From a virus (Duplodnaviria > Heunggongvirae > Uroviricota > Caudoviricetes): a stretch of 54,213 nucleotides of DNA. The position numbers were made by a program, and so were the translations under genes. The DNA is taken from the IMG/VR virus record IMGVR_UViG_2721755676_000004. The stretch is one strand, 5' to 3'. Each line of letters opens with the position of its first letter. Position 1 is the stretch's first letter. Shown piece after piece: positions 31,782 to 41,357 of this stretch. The notes below the pieces were generated by a model. It saw only the letters and a program-made list of their open reading frames with translations. It searched no databases and was not told where the DNA came from.

Positions 31782-32177
31782 CTAACCTCGCATGTCAAAG
31801 CCAGATTTCTGAAAATCTCTGTAGACTTCCGGATTGTTGAAGGCCGGAAATTTGGCTTTATGAGCTGCGGACTTTATCGCTTCGCAATAGGCTTTATCAC
31901 CGTTACTGGTAGATATTTTTAACGCCGTGCCATCCTGAGAGAATTCCATATGCAACCTGCATTTTTTCCCTTTCCAGTTATGCGGCTCATCAAGTTTGGC
32001 ATTAATTGCAGCTCTGATTCCCCGCGCTTGCGCCCCCCATTCATCCTGATCATCCCAGCGTCCTGAACTGCAACTACCTGTAGCAGTAGTTTTGTGGCAA
32101 TCTGAAGGGTGTAAAGGTGTGCATCCCGCAACAAAACCGACCCAAAAAGTCAACATAACGATTTTCTTTAATCCCAC
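31782..32177 (-). CDS. Lipoprotein with TolA domain III-like C-terminal domain (paralog 1)
   Basis: 131 aa; signal peptide with lipobox FVAGC; C-terminal KGKKCRLHMEF...CEAIKSAAHKAKFPAFNNPEVYRDF matches the TolA C-terminal pattern. Confidence 0.65.
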   Translation of the reverse strand: MGLKKIVMLTFWVGFVAGCTPLHPSDCHKTTATGSCSSGRWDDQDEWGAQARGIRAAINAKLDEPHNWKGKKCRLHMEFSQDGTALKISTSNGDKAYCEAIKSAAHKAKFPAFNNPEVYRDFQKSGFDMRG

Positions 32178-32327
32178 TTCTTGCTCCTCAATCCATTAAA
32201 ATCTCAGCAATAGTAGTTGTTACGTCCGCCACTGGCTCAGAGCTGACTATCCGCTAAATTTAGCTCAGTGCCGTAGCTGTGTCAGAACAAACCTAAGCCG
32301 AAACCGTTTATTACAAAACAATAAATA

Positions 32328-32756
32328 TCAGGGTTTAAAATCCAGCACCCCATTTTGAAATACTTTATATACTTCCGGCGAAGGGGGGGCAGGTATATCA
32401 GCATTCTTTATCGCATTCATCGCTTCACGACATAAATCGAGGTCTCCACTTTCTCTTTTAACCTCCAGTAGAAGGCCATTCGGGGCCATATGCATTCTCA
32501 GTGTACACTCTTTTCCTGAATACTTACTCGCATCCCCGAACTGTTTTTCGATGGCGCTCTTGATTTGATGGGCATACAGACGGATATCCTCACTAACATC
32601 AGAAGTACGTTCAGATGAACTCACATACTGTGTCTCTATTGCTTTATCGGAGTAATATGATGTACGGTCATGATAATTTGTCGATACAGCATCAGTGCAC
32701 CCGATAATAATCCCACTAATAATCAACGTAAGAATTGATGCGCTACGAAAACCCAT
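32328..32756 (-). CDS. Lipoprotein with TolA domain III-like C-terminal domain (paralog 2)
   Basis: 142 aa; lipobox IIIGC; C-terminal YAHQIKSAIEKQFGDASKYSGKECTLRMHMAPNGLLLEV...PPSPEVYKVFQNGVLDFKP closely resembles the E. coli TolA C-terminus as I remember it. Confidence 0.7.
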   Translation of the reverse strand: MGFRSASILTLIISGIIIGCTDAVSTNYHDRTSYYSDKAIETQYVSSSERTSDVSEDIRLYAHQIKSAIEKQFGDASKYSGKECTLRMHMAPNGLLLEVKRESGDLDLCREAMNAIKNADIPAPPSPEVYKVFQNGVLDFKP

Positions 32757-33344
32757 TTTTCCTCACATATGTCATATAGTAAAGGATTATATATACCGTT
32801 GTTTTGGACGCTCAAACAGCGAATCAGATCAAATAAAACGCACATTTGTTAACATTTACACAAAGTCTGCGTGGGATATTCTGAAAGAATATCCATAATG
32901 TGGATAGAATCTATTGAAGTGCATGGTGCCGGGTGCCTCCCGGTGAACAAAATGTTCGTGATACCTGTCGGCGACAGAAAAGGTTAATGGTATCACCCCA
33001 CCGCACAGGGGGATTCACCATGCAGGAGTTTTCTTAGCAAACTCACTGCGCGCCCGGCAACTCCCAACCACATAAAATGCGGAGTTTGTGGTATTTATGC
33101 ATATAACTCGCAGGAATTATCTTAAAAAACTGATGTCGATCCGGATTAAAAAGAAGCAGGTCATCATCAGATGACTGGAAAAAAGGAAAACAAAAAATAC
33201 TCATCATACAGTTTTGATTGCAGGGATGAGCCTGCTATGCACAATATGCAGAATATAAGCAAGATAAAAATATGCAGGCATATTATTTCGGATTTTGTTA
33301 TTAACACAACCTTTTTAATAATCATTTGGCATACAATAAACCAG

Positions 33345-33373
33345 CCCAAAAAGAACCGCCTAAACAGGCGGTT
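33345..33373 (-). terminator. Rho-independent terminator candidate in Q-to-lysis spacer
   Basis: AACCGCCT-loop-AGGCGGTT hairpin followed by CTTTTTGGG on the minus strand; a TATAAT hexamer lies ~40 nt upstream on the same strand. Confidence 0.4.
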
Positions 33374-33693
33374 GGTCAATACAAAGGATGCTTCGTCTTT
33401 ATTATAGTAATCTGAGGCGTCGGGTGTCTTGTATCAGACAACATATTGTCCCGCTAAACAGCGAATTACAAACCACCCTGCAATGATCTCTCATCTCATT
33501 TTATATGAGTTGACGACATCAGGATAACGCATCATCAGCCCCTGCCAAGAAATATCAAAACTCCCGCCAGCAATGTGTTATCACAATATTGTAAAAAAAA
33601 CACAGCACCGAAACTATAACTGGTCTCTGTTATAATTTGGAGCAGAAAGACCAGTTGCCCAACTAGCAGCATTCTCCCCTGCTTTCCTGACGT

Positions 33694-33722
33694 AAAAAAA
33701 CCGCATTAAGCGGTTTTTTTAC
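33694..33722. terminator. Bidirectional terminator-like hairpin downstream of Q-like gene
   Basis: AAAAAAACCGCATTAAGCGGTTTTTTT: short GC stem flanked by A-run and T-run. Confidence 0.45.
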
Positions 33723-33800
33723 GATGTCCATGTCTGCAATCCGCCTCGCGATACAGCTTTGCGAAGCATAGCAAAATTGAAGCAGTTTATACGTAAGAAA

Positions 33801-34343
33801 TCAAGCCATTTTCTCAGCAAATGATTCACGCATGGGAATATATAGGGCATACTCAGCAACAGCTAACCAATTAGCAATCCGTTTTTCGCATGTGCTAAAA
33901 CACCACTCTGGGTGTGCATCATTTAGCAATTCAGCCATTTTGCGCTTAGTCATCCCCCGCCCTTCATAGCGTTGCCGGAGAATGCAAATCAATCCTGGAT
34001 GCTCTGCCAGCACCTCACTTATGACTCGATCAATACATAACGCCTCTGCATCAGTACAATGCGCCAGCCAGCTCTTTTGCTTGCCGTTGATCATCTCTCG
34101 CAAAAACGCTTCCAGCTCAGCTTTCTCTATTCCCGCTTTTTTCATTCTGCGCAGGGCTTCATTAATGGCTGTTTTCGTCAGTTTTTTGGATGCCAACAAC
34201 TGATTGAACATATTCCCTGACCTGCCACCGCCAATATACGACCAGCGCCCCCACATACGTAGTTTTCCCTGAATCCAGACACTTTCCAGCGTGGTGAGGC
34301 GAAGGTGTTCTCCGCTTTTTCCTGTATTCGTTGGGTAAATCAT
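33801..34343 (-). CDS. Putative late-gene antiterminator (Q-like by position)
   Basis: 180-aa basic protein immediately upstream of terminator/promoter-like spacer and lysis genes; family not confirmed; start may be internal. Confidence 0.4.
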   Translation of the reverse strand: MIYPTNTGKSGEHLRLTTLESVWIQGKLRMWGRWSYIGGGRSGNMFNQLLASKKLTKTAINEALRRMKKAGIEKAELEAFLREMINGKQKSWLAHCTDAEALCIDRVISEVLAEHPGLICILRQRYEGRGMTKRKMAELLNDAHPEWCFSTCEKRIANWLAVAEYALYIPMRESFAEKMA

Positions 34344-34630
34344 AAATGACCTTTCTTTCTCCAGATTTCTTGTGTGCGAAAAACCCCTTCAGCATGCATC
34401 AGGCGCAATTCTTCTTTGGTGTAATCGCTGGTTTTTACCCGCCCGTCGATTAGATCGTGGCATGAGCTACAGGCTATCGCCGCCTGCATATCGTGTGGTT
34501 TTGTCGCTGTTCCGCACGTCCCCGCCAGCCTGTAATGCGCCAGCACAGAGGTTTCGGGATTGTGATTGCAGTAGCCAGGGATTCTGATCTGGCACATCTG
34601 GCCTTTAGCCGCTTTACGTAAATTCACCAT
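34340..34630 (-). CDS. Cys-rich nin-region protein (YbcO/DUF1364-like)
   Basis: 96 aa; conserved Cys/His pattern (CQIRIPGYCNHNPETSVLAHYR...CSSCHD) resembling DLP12 YbcO. Confidence 0.55.
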   Translation of the reverse strand: MVNLRKAAKGQMCQIRIPGYCNHNPETSVLAHYRLAGTCGTATKPHDMQAAIACSSCHDLIDGRVKTSDYTKEELRLMHAEGVFRTQEIWRKKGHL

Positions 34631-35229
34631 TACGCAAACTCCAGTAGTTGTGCGGCCACATTTTCAACTTCCTCCTGAGAGGAGAATTTACGGAACAGAA
34701 TCCAGTTCCACAGCACATTCAGTACAGATTTATAAACCTGCTGAAACTCGACTTCGTCCATATTCGCAAAAGCGATGGATTTTGCCCGACGCCCACGGCT
34801 ACCGTCCGGATAAATATGCTCGGTGTAAAATCCGGCCTGAATGGTTACCCACTCGCGGAAAGCCTCAAACGACTTTAGCAACGCCGTATCCCGGGTTCTA
34901 CGAGTCGCAACGGTGTTAAGGTATTGCTCTGCGGCATCACTCAGGGCTGGCGTGTGTTCCCGACCAACTGATTCGCACAGGTAATCAACGAAACCAGACA
35001 GCAGTTCTCGTTCGCGAGGCGTGATCGCCCCACCGACCGGAGTCCAGTAATCGAATCCCAGTTGCAGGAGTTTGAAAAAACGCTTGTGGAATGCGTAGTT
35101 ACGCACACGCTTAAAGTCTGCGTGTATCCACTCACCTATTTTGATTTGATGCAGAAAATCGCAACTCTCCGGCGTCGCCGGGAGAAGTAAACCAGAAGAA
35201 GTTTGTTTGACCAGTTGTATATGCGCCAT
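34630..35229 (-). CDS. Hypothetical nin-region protein (possibly DUF1367-like)
   Basis: 199 aa; translationally coupled to the downstream gene; family assignment tentative. Confidence 0.45.
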   Translation of the reverse strand: MAHIQLVKQTSSGLLLPATPESCDFLHQIKIGEWIHADFKRVRNYAFHKRFFKLLQLGFDYWTPVGGAITPRERELLSGFVDYLCESVGREHTPALSDAAEQYLNTVATRRTRDTALLKSFEAFREWVTIQAGFYTEHIYPDGSRGRRAKSIAFANMDEVEFQQVYKSVLNVLWNWILFRKFSSQEEVENVAAQLLEFA

Positions 35230-35509
35230 TTCTCAATCTCTCGATGGCGCAGCGCAGCAGATGCCAGTTGTTCAGGCTGACGAATAAAGTATAAATAAAC
35301 TGGCTATGGTGTAAAGCCCCACATAGCATGAACAAACACTACATATCAAATAGCTGGTACAAGGATAGAAATACGACATTTATTATTAAAAACGATTAGA
35401 TAAATTACATTTTAATGTTATGCAAAAGTTCTTTTTTATCATAACATTTCAATAAAAGCATTACAGATGCAATCATCCCGTCATCATCAATTATTTAAGG
35501 TGGTTAAAC

Positions 35510-35596
35510 ATGGAAAATAACAAGTTCGCACATCTCGCTCCTTTTTTATCCGTAATCCTTTTCGCTTGTTGTTTTATATGGGCATTATTTTTATAA
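35510..35596 (+). CDS. Small hydrophobic peptide (28 aa), candidate small membrane protein
   Basis: ATG preceded by AAGGTGG at optimal spacing; MENNKFAHLAPFLSVILFACCFIWALFL; lies in a very AT-rich spacer. Confidence 0.3.
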   Translation: MENNKFAHLAPFLSVILFACCFIWALFL

Positions 35597-36042
35597 AGTA
35601 GCCACATGATAAGTTGCTGGAATCATATTTCCCACTCAAGTCATTAACATTTGATAAGATATATCTAAAAGGACGCCTTTACATTATTTATGTGTATATA
35701 ATTTATTTATATACACAGTAAAGGTATCCTGGGAAAATACTTATCGTTAAAAAATACATCATAAATAATCAAGCTGAAATTTCAGAACACAACTAATACA
35801 CACAATAAGGTTCAGTAACAATAATCTATGTGGACTACATCGAGATTTTTTGATTAAACTTTAATAACTTATTCCTAACACACAGAATGCATAAACTAAA
35901 AGTAAAACAAATAGTTATACGAAAAACAACCATATTTATTATATCTTCTCCTCTAATCAACATATCAATTATGTGTTTCATAACAGCTTGACATAACCCT
36001 CAAAAACACGCATTTATAATGCATGTTTTTGAGGAGGTGGTT

Positions 36043-36381
36043 ATGACACACAAGAGAATTCCTAAAGATTGGGTAATCAAACGCTCAACTCCGTTCTTCA
36101 CAAAAGAGAACGTACCTTCAGCGTTATTAACACATCATAATACAGCAGCAGGTGTTTTTGGGCAGTTGTGCGTAATGGAAGGCACTGTAACATATTATGG
36201 TTTTACTGATGAGAATGCTACTGAACCGGAGATAAAAGTAGTCATTAATGCTGGCGCTTTTGCAACAAGCCCACCACAATACTGGCACCGTGTTGAACTA
36301 AGCGATGATGCTCAGTTTAATATTAACTTTTGGGTCGCTCCAGACTTCTCGGGCGAAAAAGTCTATAGCACCAAAAAATAG
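36043..36381 (+). CDS. YeaR-like DUF1971 protein
   Basis: GAGGAGG SD before ATG at 36043; RSTPFF...VMEGTVTYYGFTDE...AGAFATSPPQYWH...FNINFWVAP resembles E. coli YeaR. Confidence 0.7.
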   Translation: MTHKRIPKDWVIKRSTPFFTKENVPSALLTHHNTAAGVFGQLCVMEGTVTYYGFTDENATEPEIKVVINAGAFATSPPQYWHRVELSDDAQFNINFWVAPDFSGEKVYSTKK

Positions 36382-37104
36382 ATGATCATATTAAAAATGC
36401 TTTAACAGTCAGACCCGGCAGGGCTATCCCCGACGGGTCTCATTTTTGTAAATATATTGGTTCTACATTGACAGGAGACTTCAACCATAAGAAGTAATCT
36501 GAATACTTGAGCAATAAATTTACTTAAGATTAATGAGCGCACCTTGCCGGACAAAGATAAACCAAGGTAACACCTTTTTTCTAGCCAGTATGTAATCAAT
36601 CAGAAAGCCGCTCCATAAGAACAACAGCAAGACAATAAATTGCCATTACAGCCGCAATAGCTAGCGCACATTTGAGAACCAGCACGACAACCTCCTGTAT
36701 TGGACGTACACCAGTTCTGATAAATATGAGGCTGTCTCATCATTGATTCAATATAACTATTGGGTATAGTTTCTGTGATTTTGTTCTGTAGAAATGGAAC
36801 ACAACAACCAGTCACCACCAGCACTTCTTTAAATACGCCAAGTCCGACGCAAGCTAACCTTCTAGTCCGCTTTGAGCGAGGAGCGGACCAAACCCGGCCA
36901 ACTGACTCTTAAAGGGGCCGCAGGAATTTTTCGTCTGAACTTTCGAAGCTCCTCTCCCTGAAGACAGAAAACTTCTGTGTGCTGTGGGAATATTGAATCT
37001 TTGCCTTAGATATAAATAATTTTATCCCGCCTGAAGTTTACATTATTTTATTTATCTGTTTTTCTAAATCAGACTGCACTCCTTACTTAAATCAGGAGCC
37101 AGTC

Positions 37105-38304
37105 ATGCCATTTGTTATTTATGTGTTTACTATCAGTGCCTTTGCGCTCGGACTCGCGGAATTTGTCCCCATTGGGCTGACAGACGTTATGGCTCAGGGG
37201 TTGTGTGTGGGTGTGGAGCAGACCGGGGCAGCGGTTACAACCTATGCACTGGGGGCAACGTTCGCGGCACCCGTACTGTCTGCGCTGACAGCAAGCTGGA
37301 GCCGGAAAAATGTAATGCTTACAACTGCCGTTGTGTTTACTGCCGGTAGTCTGGCGGCCGCGTTTGCAGCCACATTACCTCAGCTCCTGTTAGCGCGGTT
37401 CATTGCTGGTCTGGGACACGGCCTGTTTCTGGCTGCGGCATCCAGTACCGCAGCTCGTCTTGCTGGACCGGGTAAAGCAGGCAGAGCGGTGGCTGTGGTA
37501 TTTGGTGGCTTTACTCTGGCGATGGCAATCGGCGTACCGCTGAGTACATGGTTGGGGGGGGTGGTCTCATGGCGTCCAGTTCTCGGCGCTATTGCCGCTT
37601 TTGGCGCGTTCGGATTCCTTGGACTGTTGTTCGGTATGAAAGATCCCGTACGCAGCGTGCCCGGTGAACATAGTGACTCAGCAATGCAGAATATCGGCAT
37701 GCTGTTTAACCGTAAGTTGCTGGCCGGCGCGCTGGTTACGGTGCTGGCGTATGCAGGCTCGTTTACGGCTTACACCTTTATCGCACCTATTCTGACGCAG
37801 GTGACAGGGGTTACCGGAGCAACGGTGAGTCTGTTTATGCTGGTTTACGGTATTACAGCTGCGGTAGGTAATATTCTTGGTGGGAAACTTACCGACAGCA
37901 TGGGGGTTAATCGTGCCAATATACTCATCATTAGCGGCATTGTTGTTGTCGTGCTTGGTATGTGGCTGCTGTCATCCTCACCGGTGAGCATGGGCATTCT
38001 GGTTGCGCTGCTGGGTATGGTGACATTTGCCGCAGTGCCGGCACTGCAGGCCCGTCTGATTGGTGTCGCTGAGCAACATGCTCCTCATGCGCATGGTGTT
38101 GCTGCCGGCCTGAATATTGCGGGCTTCAACTCAGGTATAGCGCTGGGATCAGTACTGGGCAGCATTACTATAAGCCACGCCGGTATCGTGTATACCGGTA
38201 TCAGCGGTGCGATTGTTTCTCTGCTCGGCCTGCTGTTGCTGCTTGCACAAATCCGTCGCAGCCACAGTCGTAAATTTCAACAGGTTAAAATCGTAGGCCA
38301 GTAA
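37105..38304 (+). CDS. MFS transporter (12 TM)
   Basis: 399-aa polytopic hydrophobic protein with MFS-like loop motifs. Confidence 0.85.
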   Translation: MPFVIYVFTISAFALGLAEFVPIGLTDVMAQGLCVGVEQTGAAVTTYALGATFAAPVLSALTASWSRKNVMLTTAVVFTAGSLAAAFAATLPQLLLARFIAGLGHGLFLAAASSTAARLAGPGKAGRAVAVVFGGFTLAMAIGVPLSTWLGGVVSWRPVLGAIAAFGAFGFLGLLFGMKDPVRSVPGEHSDSAMQNIGMLFNRKLLAGALVTVLAYAGSFTAYTFIAPILTQVTGVTGATVSLFMLVYGITAAVGNILGGKLTDSMGVNRANILIISGIVVVVLGMWLLSSSPVSMGILVALLGMVTFAAVPALQARLIGVAEQHAPHAHGVAAGLNIAGFNSGIALGSVLGSITISHAGIVYTGISGAIVSLLGLLLLLAQIRRSHSRKFQQVKIVGQ

Positions 38305-38315
38305 AGGGAGGTTAT

Positions 38316-39008
38316 ATGCTTACCCGTGAAAATATGCTTAATGGCACATTTGTCAGGGTGCATGAAGCGCTGCTCCCGGCGAATATGCTCTGGGACGCTG
38401 AAAAAATACGCGCATCAATGAACTCTACTCTGGAGGAGCGCCCGACGGGTGCTCCTGTCTGGATATTTGCCTACGGGTCATTGATGTGGAATCCCGTGCT
38501 GGCGATTGAAGAAATGCAACGGGCCCGTCTGAAAGGATGGCAGCGCAGTTTCTGCATTCGTTTGATATCCGGACGAGCGACTCCTGATGTCCCCGGCAGG
38601 ATGTTATCGCTCGACGAAGGTGGAATTACCGAAGGTATTGCGTTCAGACTGCCGGAATCGACTCTTATTAATGAGCTGGAAATTGTCTGGACGCGCGAGA
38701 TGATAACCGGTCTTTACCGTCCGGTCTGGGCAGACGTTTCGCTAGGAAACGGTGAGGAAATTCAGGCGCTGGCTTTCGTATCAGACAGACTGCATCCGCA
38801 TTATGAACAGGACAATCTTACAGCGACCGTAGCGTTGAGCATCGCATCTGCCCGTGGAGACATTGGCACGAATGCAGATTATGTATGGAAACTGCAGGCC
38901 ACTCTGGGTGCGTTGGGAATACGGAATGATTACGTGAGTGAACTGGCCCTTGCTCTGCATGAGGCTCCCTGTAACGATAAACTTCATCAGCGAGGCGCTT
39001 CACTATGA
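38316..39008 (+). CDS. ChaC-family gamma-glutamylcyclotransferase-like protein
   Basis: 230 aa; VWIFAYGSLMWNP motif and overall similarity to E. coli ChaC. Confidence 0.75.
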   Translation: MLTRENMLNGTFVRVHEALLPANMLWDAEKIRASMNSTLEERPTGAPVWIFAYGSLMWNPVLAIEEMQRARLKGWQRSFCIRLISGRATPDVPGRMLSLDEGGITEGIAFRLPESTLINELEIVWTREMITGLYRPVWADVSLGNGEEIQALAFVSDRLHPHYEQDNLTATVALSIASARGDIGTNADYVWKLQATLGALGIRNDYVSELALALHEAPCNDKLHQRGASL

Positions 39009-39886
39009 GCCATCTGAGCCATCTGCGAACGTTTCTTGAGGCCTATCGCTCTGGCTCCTTTTCAAAGGCGGCAGAACTACTGGGCATCACTCAGCCCGCG
39101 GCGTCACAGCATATCCAGTCTCTTGAGACTCTGGTTGGTAAGCGTCTGTTTATCAGGCAGGCCAGAGGCGTGACGGCAACCGAAGCTGCGGATGAGCTTG
39201 CCCGCTCAGTTTCACCCTTCATTGATGGTCTGGAAGAAAAGCTGTCCTCTTTCCGGTCAGGCTCTGTACGCGGGGGAACAATTAATCTGGCAGGACCGCC
39301 AGATTTTATTCATTCCCGGCTTGGGACAGTAATGGCTCCACTAATGAAGGAGGGGTATCGCCTACGCTTTCATACCGGCAATAAGCAACGTATTTATTCC
39401 CTTTTGCATGACGGGAGCGCCGATCTCGCTGTTACCGCATCTATGCCTGATGACCGTCTGTACGGCTATGCACATCTACTGACTGAACGCATGCTCCTTG
39501 TTCATGCTCCCGCCATGTCAGAGATCATCGGATCAGAACCTGGTGCTGAAACGCTTGCCTCATTACCGCTGATTGCTTATGACGAAGAGTTGCCACTGAT
39601 TAGAGCGCTCTGGGCCTCCATGTTTCAGAGAGCCCCTGAGATGCAGGCTACATTCACCATTCCGGATTTACGTATTATCCGCGACTTGGTCTGTGACGGC
39701 CACGGGTGGACAGTGCTGCCGGATTATCACTGTGACAATGACCTGAAAAGTGGTCGCCTGATTTCAGTGACACCTGCAGACCTCGCTCCGACTAATCATC
39801 TTTATCTGGTCTGGAACAAAAGGACGGCTAATAACAGCCGAACCGCCTATGTTCGGGATTACATTCTTAAAACGTTTCCGCGTTGA
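39005..39886 (+). CDS. LysR-family transcriptional regulator
   Basis: 293 aa; N-terminal HTH (FSKAAELLGITQPAASQHIQSLE) plus LysR substrate-binding domain; overlaps ChaC-like stop. Confidence 0.85.
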   Translation: MSHLSHLRTFLEAYRSGSFSKAAELLGITQPAASQHIQSLETLVGKRLFIRQARGVTATEAADELARSVSPFIDGLEEKLSSFRSGSVRGGTINLAGPPDFIHSRLGTVMAPLMKEGYRLRFHTGNKQRIYSLLHDGSADLAVTASMPDDRLYGYAHLLTERMLLVHAPAMSEIIGSEPGAETLASLPLIAYDEELPLIRALWASMFQRAPEMQATFTIPDLRIIRDLVCDGHGWTVLPDYHCDNDLKSGRLISVTPADLAPTNHLYLVWNKRTANNSRTAYVRDYILKTFPR

Positions 39887-39932
39887 TGTTTGAAACGGAT
39901 GATTGGCGATGCGTATCATAAGTTACGTATGT

Positions 39933-39960
39933 CCGCTTCTGGCACAAAGCAGACGCCCAC
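39933..39960. repeat. 28-bp repeat copy A (TTGGCACAAAGCNGAC..CCAC core)
   Basis: Near-identical to 43606..43633, direct orientation. Confidence 0.5.
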
Positions 39961-40016
39961 TCTCACGCGAATGCTTTGCCCTTGACTTGCCAACAACCGT
40001 ATCGCTTGCTCCGCAA

Positions 40017-41309
40017 CTATGGTTTTTTATTAGAATCTTCGCCACTAAATAAATTATAATAAATTGATTTTATTAGATATCTATCAGAATCTATATGGTC
40101 AGCACGAGTAGCATGCTCTAATGTTTCAAATGCTAGGGTTTGTGCGGCTTCAGCAAAAATTCCAGGCCAACCCTTACTCAGCATCGACAGTCCTTTAAGT
40201 ACCCTTATCTGAATTTCCCTCATACTGGCACCATCGCGCGCAACAGGTGAGAAAAAGTCTTCAAGTAGATCGTTATTCTGAAGTGGTGCAACATGTACAG
40301 AAGGATATTTCACTTCTATTTCATCAGATTTATTCTGCGCGTAAGCGGAAAGTATACGTACACCTCTGCCAATGACATCAATGGCGGTTCCAGGATCGTT
40401 CACTGCGGGGGAAAGGGCTCGGCAGGCTATTTCGGCCATGACGCTAAGACAAAATCGGGGGTCCTGAGCAAATGAACGTACATCCGAGACAATAATCGTC
40501 TCAAGTAAATCGGTGCTGATTGATGACTCCTGGCCCTGACTCAGGTACAAAACTGGCGTGGACGGATGTATGAAACTGCCCGGCTGCGCCACGAGGTATA
40601 CATGACGGGGATCATTGGTCAGCAGCTTGCTGAGTTTCACCATATCAACATATTCAACATAGCCAATCTTTTTCGGATAAACTGCAACCGTTCCTTTCGG
40701 CTGTTCATTGTTCTCAAGCCATGGATATCCGCCGAGACAGGGATTTCTTGCTCTCGCAATAAATGTTTCGATGGCCGCCTGTTCTACTTTTGCCGTTGTC
40801 TCACCAACCCTCCCCAGAGAGGTCAAATGCTGTATCCAGCGAAGCAATGTGATGAGGATTAAGGCAATGACAACCAGTGTTACAATGAATAAAATGACTC
40901 TCCCCCTTTCTCCATAAGCTCCCATATTGAGGGCAATAATCCCTACCAGACTGAAGAGAAAAGAACCGATGAAGGTGGCCAGTACATTTTGTGTGGTGAC
41001 GTCTTCAACAACTAAACGAGTAGCTCTGGGAGTCACATTAGTAGTGGCTGAACCGTAGGCTGTGACCATGATGCTCAGCGAAAATGTGGTCACGGCCAGC
41101 ATACTCGATGCCAGTATGTTCAGAATGTTATCGACTGCTTCCGCACCAACCTTCACGGAAACCGACTCAGGTATCATTGATTTAAAAAGAATTGATAAAA
41201 GGGCCGTTATTATTGCGACAATTGCGAATAACGTTGCCCTGAACCATAGTTTTTTAAATGTCTGCTTCAGCATCCATTTCCAGCGTGAAATCATTCTGCA
41301 TTCTCTCAT
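40017..41309 (-). CDS. Integral membrane protein with C-terminal soluble domain
   Basis: 430 aa; several N-terminal TM helices; start may be internal. Confidence 0.6.
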   Translation of the reverse strand: MRECRMISRWKWMLKQTFKKLWFRATLFAIVAIITALLSILFKSMIPESVSVKVGAEAVDNILNILASSMLAVTTFSLSIMVTAYGSATTNVTPRATRLVVEDVTTQNVLATFIGSFLFSLVGIIALNMGAYGERGRVILFIVTLVVIALILITLLRWIQHLTSLGRVGETTAKVEQAAIETFIARARNPCLGGYPWLENNEQPKGTVAVYPKKIGYVEYVDMVKLSKLLTNDPRHVYLVAQPGSFIHPSTPVLYLSQGQESSISTDLLETIIVSDVRSFAQDPRFCLSVMAEIACRALSPAVNDPGTAIDVIGRGVRILSAYAQNKSDEIEVKYPSVHVAPLQNNDLLEDFFSPVARDGASMREIQIRVLKGLSMLSKGWPGIFAEAAQTLAFETLEHATRADHIDSDRYLIKSIYYNLFSGEDSNKKP

Positions 41310-41357
41310 ATTGCAGCCGGGATAAATAAATGCCGCCTCTGTGGCGGCATGTTGCTG

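Noticed and set aside
32757-33800. tRNA genes in the Q-to-lysis spacer, as seen in some lambdoid phages
   Set aside because: I found no T-loop (GTTCRANYC) or acceptor-stem-like cloverleaf signatures by eye; a tRNAscan run would be needed to exclude degraded copies.
34162-34395. 77-aa minus-strand ORF overlapping the Q-like start and YbcO-like end
   Set aside because: Alternative frame across a gene junction; no independent support.
36402-36824. Two adjacent minus-strand ORFs (65 and 74 aa), one Cys-rich
   Set aside because: No convincing RBS, no recognisable domain, and they sit in an intergenic stretch; kept unannotated pending conservation or expression evidence.
39941-39956. Possible sigma-54 promoter because of TGGCAC in the 28-bp repeats
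   Set aside because: The spacing and the downstream element (AAAGCNGAC rather than N5-TTGC) do not fit the -24/-12 consensus.
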